A stretch of DNA of 64,000 bases. Source: an uncultured Acidobacteriota bacterium. GTDB taxonomy: Bacteria > Acidobacteriota > Vicinamibacteria > Vicinamibacterales > 2-12-FULL-66-21. The position numbers and the translations under genes were made by a program. The first letter of the stretch is position 1. Each line of letters begins with the position of its first letter. Below the pieces are notes generated by a model. It did no database searches. It saw only the letters and a program-made list of their open reading frames with translations, and had not been told where the DNA came from. Positions 57,158 to 64,000 of the stretch are shown one piece after another. The stretch covers positions 20,829 through 84,828 of the forward strand of contig CAVVSR010000004.1 of assembly GCA_963750935.1 (NCBI GenBank). The letters are read 5' to 3'.

Positions 57158-57310
57158 CCACGTGCGACTGACGTGCTACGTGCTACGTGCGACGTGCGAC
57201 GTGCTGCACGTGCGCACGTGTCACGTGCGCATGTGCGGCGTAAAGCACGTCGCACGCCGCACGTAAGCACGTGCGCACGAGCACGCCGTAAGCACGTCGC
57301 ACGTGCACGA
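57158..57310. repeat. ACGTGC/GCACGT heptamer palindromic array between divergent genes
   Basis: acgtgctacgtgctacgtgcgacgtgcgacgtgc ... gcacgtcgcacgccgcacgtaagcacgt. Confidence 0.8.
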
Positions 57311-57319
57311 GCCGTACCG

Positions 57320-58660
57320 TGTTGTAATCCGACTCCCCTTCTCGTCGTCGCGTTCCTCGGCGTCGTCCTGGTGGTGGTCCTGATCACCTGGGTGCGGATG
57401 CCGGCGTTCCTGGCGCTGGCGACCGGGTCGCTCGCGGTCGGCCTGGGCGCACGAATGCCGCTGCCCGACATTCCGCGCGCCTTCCAGTCGGGCGTCGGCG
57501 ACACGCTCGGATTCGTGGCGATGGTGATCGGCCTCGGCACCGTCATCGGCAAGCTGCTGGCGGAATCGGGCGGCGCGGCAGTGGTCTCGAACGCCCTCAT
57601 TCGCCTGATGGGCGAGCGCCGGCTCGATTGGGCGATGATGCTGTCCGGCTTCATCATCGGGTTGCCGGTCTTTTTCCAGGTCGGCCTCGTGCTGCTCGCG
57701 CCGGTGATGTTCACGTTGAACCGGCAGACCGGCACCCCGCTGCTGCGGCTCGGACTGCCGCTGGTCGCGGGCCTTTCGGCGGCGCATGGCCTGGTGCCGC
57801 CGCACCCCGGTCCGCTGGCCGCGATCGAGCGCCTCGGCGCCGATCCCGGCCGCACGCTTTTCTATTCTTTGCTGGTGGGCTTGCCGGTCGCGATCCTGTC
57901 AGGACCGCTGTTCACCGCGTTCGTCGCCCGGCGCGTGCAGGCGGAACCGGGCGCCATGGCGGATCAATTCGCCGGCACGCGGACCGCCGACCGCACCCCG
58001 TCGCTCGCGATCACCCTGCTCACGATCCTGATGCCGGTCCTGCTGATGCTGGCCGCGGCCCTGGCCGGGACGGTGCTGCCGCCGGGGCGCGCGCGCAGCG
58101 GCATCGAACTGGCGGGCACGCCGCTGATGGCGATGCTGCTGTCGACGCTGGTCGCGCTCGTGACGTTCGGGAAGGCCTGCGGCTTCGATCGCGATCGCAT
58201 CCTGCGCTTCGCCGAGGAGGCGCTGCCGCCGATTGCGAGCGTGCTGCTCGTCGTCGGCGCGGGCGGCGGATTCGGGCGCGTGCTCGACGTCGCCGGCGTC
58301 GACACGGCGATTGCGCAGGCGATGGGCGGGATGCAGCTGTCGCCGCTGGTCCTCGGCTGGGTGATCGCCTCGCTGCTGCGCGTCTCGGTCGGATCGGCGA
58401 CGGTCGCGGTGGTGACGGCGGCAAGCATCATCGCGCCGATCGCCGCGGCAATGCCGGGCGTGAACCGTGAGCTGCTGGTGGTGGCGATTGGCGCCGGATC
58501 GCTGATCGCCGGACACGTCAACGACGGAGGATTCTGGCTCGTGAAGGAATACCTGAACATGAGCGTGCCGCAGACGCTGAGCACGTGGACCGTGCTCGAG
58601 ACGATCGTGGCGGTCGCCGGACTCGCCGGTGTGCTGCTCCTCGCGACGGTGGTGGCGTGA
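57320..58660 (+). CDS. GntP-family gluconate:H+ symporter; start uncertain
   Basis: GKLLAESGGA, HGLVPPHPGP, GAGGGFGRVL, LRVSVGSATVA, HVNDGGFWLVKEY. Confidence 0.92.
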   Translation, partial: CCNPTPLLVVAFLGVVLVVVLITWVRMPAFLALATGSLAVGLGARMPLPDIPRAFQSGVGDTLGFVAMVIGLGTVIGKLLAESGGAAVVSNALIRLMGERRLDWAMMLSGFIIGLPVFFQVGLVLLAPVMFTLNRQTGTPLLRLGLPLVAGLSAAHGLVPPHPGPLAAIERLGADPGRTLFYSLLVGLPVAILSGPLFTAFVARRVQAEPGAMADQFAGTRTADRTPSLAITLLTILMPVLLMLAAALAGTVLPPGRARSGIELAGTPLMAMLLSTLVALVTFGKACGFDRDRILRFAEEALPPIASVLLVVGAGGGFGRVLDVAGVDTAIAQAMGGMQLSPLVLGWVIASLLRVSVGSATVAVVTAASIIAPIAAAMPGVNRELLVVAIGAGSLIAGHVNDGGFWLVKEYLNMSVPQTLSTWTVLETIVAVAGLAGVLLLATVVA

Positions 58661-59727
58661 TGCTGATCGTCGACGCCCACCTCGACCTGGCGATGAACGC
58701 GCTCGAATGGAACCGCGACCTCTCGCGGCCGATCGACGAGATCCGCGCGCGCGAGCAGCGGCTCGCCGACAAGCCGGACCGCGGCCGCGGGACCGTCTCG
58801 TTTCAGGAGATGCGGCGCGGCGGCGTCGGGCTGTGCGTCGCGACCCAGATCGCACGATACGTGGCGCCCGACAATCCGCTCAACGGCTGGCACTCGCAGG
58901 ACCAGGCCTGGGCCCAGACCCAGGGACAGCTGGCGTGGTACCGCGCCATGGAGGATCGCGGCGAGCTCGTCCAGATTCGGGACCGCGGCGCGCTCGACGC
59001 GCACGTGCAGCGCTGGGAGGCCGGCGCAGGAGAATCCCTGCCGATCGGCTACATCCTCAGCCTCGAGGGGGCCGACTCGATCGTGACGCTGACCCACCTC
59101 GAACGCGCCTACGCCAGCGGGCTGCGCGCCGTCGGGCCGGCGCACTACGGACCCGGCGTCTACGCGCAGGGCACGAACGCGTGCGGCGTCCTCGGACCGC
59201 GCGGTCACGATCTGCTGCGCGAGATGGAGCGCCTCAACATCGTGCTCGACGTCACCCACCTCTGCGACGACAGCTTTCGCGACGCGCTCGATCATTTCAA
59301 CGGACCGATCTGGGCCAGCCACTCCAACTGCCGCGCCATCGTCGATCACAACCGCCAGTTCTCCGACGATCACCTTCGCGAGCTGATTGCCCGCGGCGCG
59401 CTCATCGGCGCCGCATTCGACGCGTGGATGATCGTGCCGGGATGGACGCACGGCGTGTCGACGCCCGACGCGTCGGGGGTCACGCTCCAGACGCTCGTCA
59501 ACCACGTCGACCATATCTGCCAGATCGCCGGCAACGCCCGGCATTGCATGATCGGCTCGGATCTCGACGGCGGCTTCGGGCGCGAGCAATGCCCCGGCGA
59601 CGTCCACACCATCGCCGACCTCACCCGGTTCCTGGACGCGCTGCGCTCGCGCGGCTACAGCGAGGAGGACGTGACGGGGATCGCGCACGGCAACGTGCTG
59701 CGTTTCCTCCGCAGTGTGTGGGCGTGA
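58660..59727 (+). CDS. Membrane dipeptidase (peptidase M19)-family amidohydrolase
   Basis: DAHLD, SLEGAD, DVTHL, ASHSN, NHVDH, IGSDLDG, HGN. Confidence 0.9.
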   Translation: MLIVDAHLDLAMNALEWNRDLSRPIDEIRAREQRLADKPDRGRGTVSFQEMRRGGVGLCVATQIARYVAPDNPLNGWHSQDQAWAQTQGQLAWYRAMEDRGELVQIRDRGALDAHVQRWEAGAGESLPIGYILSLEGADSIVTLTHLERAYASGLRAVGPAHYGPGVYAQGTNACGVLGPRGHDLLREMERLNIVLDVTHLCDDSFRDALDHFNGPIWASHSNCRAIVDHNRQFSDDHLRELIARGALIGAAFDAWMIVPGWTHGVSTPDASGVTLQTLVNHVDHICQIAGNARHCMIGSDLDGGFGREQCPGDVHTIADLTRFLDALRSRGYSEEDVTGIAHGNVLRFLRSVWA

Positions 59728-59796
59728 ACTGCGGCTGGACGCGCTGATGATGTGGCCGCCGAGCGGCGTGGTCCAGAGTCGGCGCACGCCGCTCCA

Positions 59797-61002
59797 TCAC
59801 ATCGTTGCGGTCTTCGGCACGATGTCGATCTGCAGCTGGGGATCGGCCGCCGGCACGTACGACGACTCGAGCCCGAGCTCCTTGCGGACGATGTTGCAGC
59901 CCTGCGCGATGGCGGTGGCCTTGTAGAAGGCGATCTCCCGGTTGCAGCCCTGCCGCCCGAAGCCGCAGTCGCTCGAGACGATCAGCTGCTCGGGCGCGAC
60001 GTGCTGCAGGGCGGTCCGGATCGAGGTCGCGACATCCTCGGCACGGTCGGCCTGCAGCGTGCGGTGGCTGACCGCCCCGATGCACAGCTTCTTCGGCAGC
60101 TTCCCCTTGTACTGGCCGAACAGCTCGATGTCGGTGAAGTTCCGGTCGCGCGTCTCGATGGTCCAGACATCGCCGCGCATCTCGTTGAGGTACAGCTCGA
60201 AGGACGCCTTGTAGCTCGTGTCCTCCATCACCCGCTGCATGTTCGGATTGCCCCAGCAGGTATGGATCCAGATCTCGACGTCGTCCAGGCCCTGCACCTC
60301 GCGGTTGTAGCAGTCGATCATGAACCGCACCTTCTCGTCCTTCGGGCCGTAGGTGTTGGCCATGAAGTGCAGGGTCGGCTCTTCGATCTGGATGCAGCGG
60401 CAGCCGGCGTCGCGCAGCGCGAGCAGTTCCTTGTTCATGGCCACGGCCATGTCCCAGACAATCTCGCGGTTGTCCTTGTACTGGTCGGTGTGGATGTCGA
60501 GGAAGAGGCCCATGACCTGCGAGCAGCAGGTGCCGAACCGCACCGGCTTGCGCGACTTGCTCTGCGCGATCCGCCAGATCTTGGCGTAGTCGAGCGGACG
60601 GTGCTCGATCTTGCCGACGACGCGCGGCCAGCGCCAGCCGGTGTAGATCTCGTTGAGCAGCGTGCCCGGCGGGTAGCGCAGCCATGGGCTGCGGGTCTCC
60701 TCCGACTGCAGGTAGTCACCCTCGAACCCGGTCCAGCGCTGGAGGGGGTAATGGTGCCAGCTGCGGCCGCCGAAATCCTCGTCGCAGTGGAAGTCCCCGT
60801 GGGTGAGGATGTCGAGCCCGGCGCGCTCCTCGTCGCTGATGACCACGGCGAGCGCGTCCTCGAACTTCTCGCGGAAGCGCACGTCCAGCATGCAGGTGTC
60901 GAGCGGCTTGCCCCACATGCTCATGTCGAACCAGCGGGGGCGCGGCCAGGAACCGGTGACGGTGGCGGGCAGGATCAGGTCGCGGGTGATCGTCAGGGCC
61001 AT
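59797..61002 (-). CDS. Cobalamin-independent methionine synthase II-like protein (single-barrel MetE family)
   Basis: TGSWPRP, AGLDILTHGD, IQIEEP, Zn ligands HTCWGN and SDCGFG. Confidence 0.88.
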   Translation of the reverse strand: MALTITRDLILPATVTGSWPRPRWFDMSMWGKPLDTCMLDVRFREKFEDALAVVISDEERAGLDILTHGDFHCDEDFGGRSWHHYPLQRWTGFEGDYLQSEETRSPWLRYPPGTLLNEIYTGWRWPRVVGKIEHRPLDYAKIWRIAQSKSRKPVRFGTCCSQVMGLFLDIHTDQYKDNREIVWDMAVAMNKELLALRDAGCRCIQIEEPTLHFMANTYGPKDEKVRFMIDCYNREVQGLDDVEIWIHTCWGNPNMQRVMEDTSYKASFELYLNEMRGDVWTIETRDRNFTDIELFGQYKGKLPKKLCIGAVSHRTLQADRAEDVATSIRTALQHVAPEQLIVSSDCGFGRQGCNREIAFYKATAIAQGCNIVRKELGLESSYVPAADPQLQIDIVPKTATM

Positions 61003-61085
61003 GACCGCATGATACGCGAGCCCGGCGGCGGCGGCGGTACGTGCCTGCCTTGGCTTTTCGCGCACGCGTCCGTTACGATTCCGCG

Positions 61086-61273
61086 GTGGCCACGACCGTG
61101 CAGAGGGTGTCCGTGGGACTCGCATTCCTGGCTGCCCTCCTCAGCTTCGTTGCCGTGGCCGTCGAGTTCTCGCGCTCCGGCCGGCTCGCGTGTGACGCCA
61201 CTCGGCGGCGGCATGCTGATGCTCGCGCTGGGGATCAGCGGTCTCCTCCAGACTCCGCACTCCGAAGGCCTGA
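61086..61273 (+). CDS. Possible small two-TM protein, frame-broken at about 61190
   Basis: VSVGLAFLAALLSFVAVAV then, in the next frame, PLGGGMLMLALGISGLL. Confidence 0.35.
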
Positions 61274-61328
61274 CGGTCCCGTCCAGGGACGGGACCGCCC
61301 GGCGGTGCCCGATGAAAGGATGCTCTCG

Positions 61329-62106
61329 ATGCGTACGAAACTCGCGGTTCTGATCGGCGTGCTCGCGATCGTGACCGGTGTCGGCCCAACAGGCGCCGGC
61401 GCCGCCCGCGACCGTGCCGAGCTGTCCCGAGCTCGGATCCGCCCTGAACGCGCTGGTCCGCAGCGCGCGCGACTGGGCGAACCTGACGCGCTATCGCGAG
61501 GCGAACCGGACCGTGGCCGCGCCGGCGTCGAGCGACGCGCGCGTCGTCTTCATGGGCGACTCGATCACCGACGCGTGGCCGCAGGCCCGCTTCGGCGACT
61601 TCTTCACCGGCAAGCCGTACGTCGGCCGCGGCATCAGCGGCCAGACGACGCCGCAGATGCTGGTCCGGTTCCGGCAGGACGTCCTCGACCTCAAGCCGAA
61701 GGTGGTGGTCATCCTCGCCGGCACCAACGACATCGCCGGCAACACCGGGCCGATGACCAACGAGGAGATTCAGGGCAACCTGATGTCGATGGCGCAGCTC
61801 GCGAAGGCCAACGGCATCCGCGTCGTCCTGTCGAGCGTCCAGCCGGTGAGCGTGTACCACACGTCGCCGACCGGCACGCCGCAGACCACCCTGCGGCCGA
61901 TGGATCGGATCCGCGCGATCAACGACTGGATGAAGAAGTACGCGGCCGCGGAAGGGCACGTCTATCTCGACTACTTTGCCGCGATGGTCGACGACAAGGG
62001 GCTGCTCCGCGAGGACCTGAGCGCCGACGACCTCCACCCCAACGCGAAGGGATACGCCATCATGGCGCCGCTCGCCGAAGCCGCGATCAAGCAGGCGCTG
62101 CGGTGA
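61329..62106 (+). CDS. Exported SGNH/GDSL hydrolase; frame break at about 61378
   Basis: VFMGDSIT, GISGQTT, LAGTND, DDLHPN; signal MRTKLAVLIGVLAIV. Confidence 0.9.
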
Positions 62107-62143
62107 CGCGCAACCGGGAGCCTGTAGCCGCGTCGCTGCCCTG

Positions 62144-62800
62144 ATGCCGGTCAACCTGGTGCTGATCGGCCCTCCCGGCAGCGGGAAGGGCACGCAGGCG
62201 GTGCGTCTCGCGCGGCGGTACGCGATCCCCCACATCTCGACGGGCGACATCCTGCGCGAGGCGGTGCGCTCCGGCTCTCCGCTCGGCCGTGAGGTCGGCG
62301 CGCTGGTCGCGCGCGGCGAGCTGGTCAGCGACACGCTCGTCGCCGATCTCGTGCGCGAGCGCCTGGCTCAGCCCGATGCCAGGGCGGGCTGGCTGCTCGA
62401 CGGGTTTCCGCGCACGGTCGTGCAGGCCGAGGCGCTCGACGAGATCCTCGGCCACGGCCGGCTCGTGGTCGCGCTCATCGAAGTGGACGACGACGAGATC
62501 GTGCGACGGCTGGGCAGCCGGCGCGTGTGCACATCGTGCCGCCTGACACAGTCGGCGACGGATCTCGCCGACGGACAGCCCGAAGCCTGTCCCTACTGCG
62601 GCGGCGGCAGCCTGGTCCGCCGCGACGACGACACGGACGAGACCGTCCGAGCCCGGCTGGCCACCTACGCGACGTTCGCCGCCCCGGTGATCGAGTTCTA
62701 CCGCAAACGTGCCGGGTTCATCGCGATCAACGGCCTGCAGAAACCGGAAGAGGTCAGCGCCAGCCTGTTCACGGAGATCACGCGGCTCGTCAGGCCCTGA
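62144..62800 (+). CDS. adk: Adenylate kinase with Zn-type LID
   Basis: GPPGSGKGTQ, HISTGDILR, LDGFPRT, CTSC...CPYC, RRDDD. Confidence 0.93.
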   Translation: MPVNLVLIGPPGSGKGTQAVRLARRYAIPHISTGDILREAVRSGSPLGREVGALVARGELVSDTLVADLVRERLAQPDARAGWLLDGFPRTVVQAEALDEILGHGRLVVALIEVDDDEIVRRLGSRRVCTSCRLTQSATDLADGQPEACPYCGGGSLVRRDDDTDETVRARLATYATFAAPVIEFYRKRAGFIAINGLQKPEEVSASLFTEITRLVRP

Positions 62801-62833
62801 CGCGGCGCACGTGATATCGTCCCCGGCGCACCA

Positions 62834-64000
62834 ATGGACACGCAACCGGTCCGGCCGGAGGTCATCTCCAGAGTCACGAAGCGCATCATCCCCTTCGCGT
62901 TCATCTGCTATGTGGTCGCCTACATCGATCGCGTCAACATCGGCTTCGCCGCCCGCGAGCTGCAGCGCGATCTCGGCCTGAGCGCCACCGAGTACGGGAT
63001 CGGCGCCGGCCTCTTCTTCATCGGCTACTGCGTCTTCGAAGTCCCCAGCAACCTGGTGCTCGAGCGCGTCGGCGCGCGGCTGTGGATTGCCCGCATCATG
63101 ATCGTGTGGGGCCTCGTCTCGATGGCCACGATGTTCATCACGGGCGTCCGGTCGTTCTACTTCGCGCGCGTGGTGCTCGGCATCGCCGAGGCCGGCTTCT
63201 TTCCCGGCATGGTGCTGTATCTGACCTACTGGATTCCGGCCGCGGAGCGCGCCCGCACCAACGCCCTGTTCATGACGGCGGCGCCGGTCTCGGTCATCGT
63301 CGGCGCCCCGCTGTCGCACGCGATCCTCTCGCTCGACGGCTGGCTGGGGCTGCAGGGATGGCAGTGGCTGTTCGTGCTCGAAGGGTTCCCCGCCGTCGTG
63401 CTCGGGGTATTGACGCTGCGCGTGCTGACGGACCGGCCCGAGCAGGCGACCTGGCTCCCGACTGGCGATCGCGAGTGGCTGAGCCAGACGATGGCCGACG
63501 AGCGGGCGCGCCGCAACGCCACCGGGCACGTCTCGATCGGCCGCAGCCTGATCAGCGGCCGGGTCTGGCTGCTCTGCGCCGTCTACTTGATGAACACGTC
63601 GGTGACCTACGGGATCTTCCTGTGGCTGCCACGCATGCTGCAGGACACGGCGGGCTCGAGCGGCTTCCTGATCAGCGCCCTGACCGCGATTCCGTTCATC
63701 GCCGCGCTGGTGACGATGGTCCTGGTCGGACGGCATTCGGACCGCACCGGCGAGCGGAAATTGCACGTGGCGGCGTGCGCGATCACGGCGGCCGCCGGCC
63801 TGGTGCTCGCGGTCGCGTTCAAGAATCACCTCGGCCTGCTGGTGTTCGCCTTCACGATCTGCCAGATGGGCCAGCGCTCGGTCATGAGCGTGTTCTGGGC
63901 GATTCCGCCGATGCTGCTCGGGGGCGCGGCGGCGGCAGCGGGGATCGGGATGATCAACGCGATCGGCAACCTCGGCGGCTTCTTCGGCCCGACGATGATG
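62834..64000 (+). CDS. MFS transporter, anion:cation symporter family; 3' truncated by the window edge
   Basis: YIDRVNIGFA, FFIGYCVFEVPSN, AEAGFFPG, GWQWLFVLEG, GNLGGFFGP. Confidence 0.92.
   Translation, partial: MDTQPVRPEVISRVTKRIIPFAFICYVVAYIDRVNIGFAARELQRDLGLSATEYGIGAGLFFIGYCVFEVPSNLVLERVGARLWIARIMIVWGLVSMATMFITGVRSFYFARVVLGIAEAGFFPGMVLYLTYWIPAAERARTNALFMTAAPVSVIVGAPLSHAILSLDGWLGLQGWQWLFVLEGFPAVVLGVLTLRVLTDRPEQATWLPTGDREWLSQTMADERARRNATGHVSIGRSLISGRVWLLCAVYLMNTSVTYGIFLWLPRMLQDTAGSSGFLISALTAIPFIAALVTMVLVGRHSDRTGERKLHVAACAITAAAGLVLAVAFKNHLGLLVFAFTICQMGQRSVMSVFWAIPPMLLGGAAAAAGIGMINAIGNLGGFFGPTMM

Noticed and set aside
1-64000. Frequent GCGATCGC (HIP1-like) octamers
   Set aside because: Most fall in Ala-Ile-Ala codons of high-GC genes; enrichment cannot be shown without a codon-aware count.

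Overview
High-GC (about 70% by eye) bacterial DNA whose gene content points to Acidobacteriota, probably Vicinamibacteria (ADOP permease, acido-empty-quinoprotein, Oar-like TonB receptor, BACON lipoprotein, PVC-type heme protein). This assignment is an inference. About 55 genes are present. I found no rRNA, tRNA, CRISPR array, transposase or integrase. At least 12 otherwise intact genes carry single-base frame breaks, most likely long-read indel errors. The most notable region is a ~14 kb cluster (19.1-32.8 kb) of almost entirely exported proteins: three PQQ-type beta-propellers, two c-type cytochromes (one fused to a helix-hairpin-helix domain), a tannase/feruloyl esterase, a second esterase, a Tat-exported quercetinase-like bicupin, a CusF-SCO copper chaperone, a ThuA protein and a signal-peptide-bearing type II dehydroquinase with altered substrate-binding residues. 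I propose it is a periplasmic pathway for oxidising plant polyphenols or quinate esters. The second notable feature is the intergenic DNA, which carries several families of 7-mer tandem repeats. One family forms a ~150 bp hairpin element with a conserved core, found three times and always between convergent genes. Other highlights are several sigma-54-like promoters on small orphan genes, a PhcB-like methyltransferase, an RMF-like motif protein, and a protein ending in a coiled coil plus a single fascin-like repeat. All calls come from reading motifs by eye; no searches were run.
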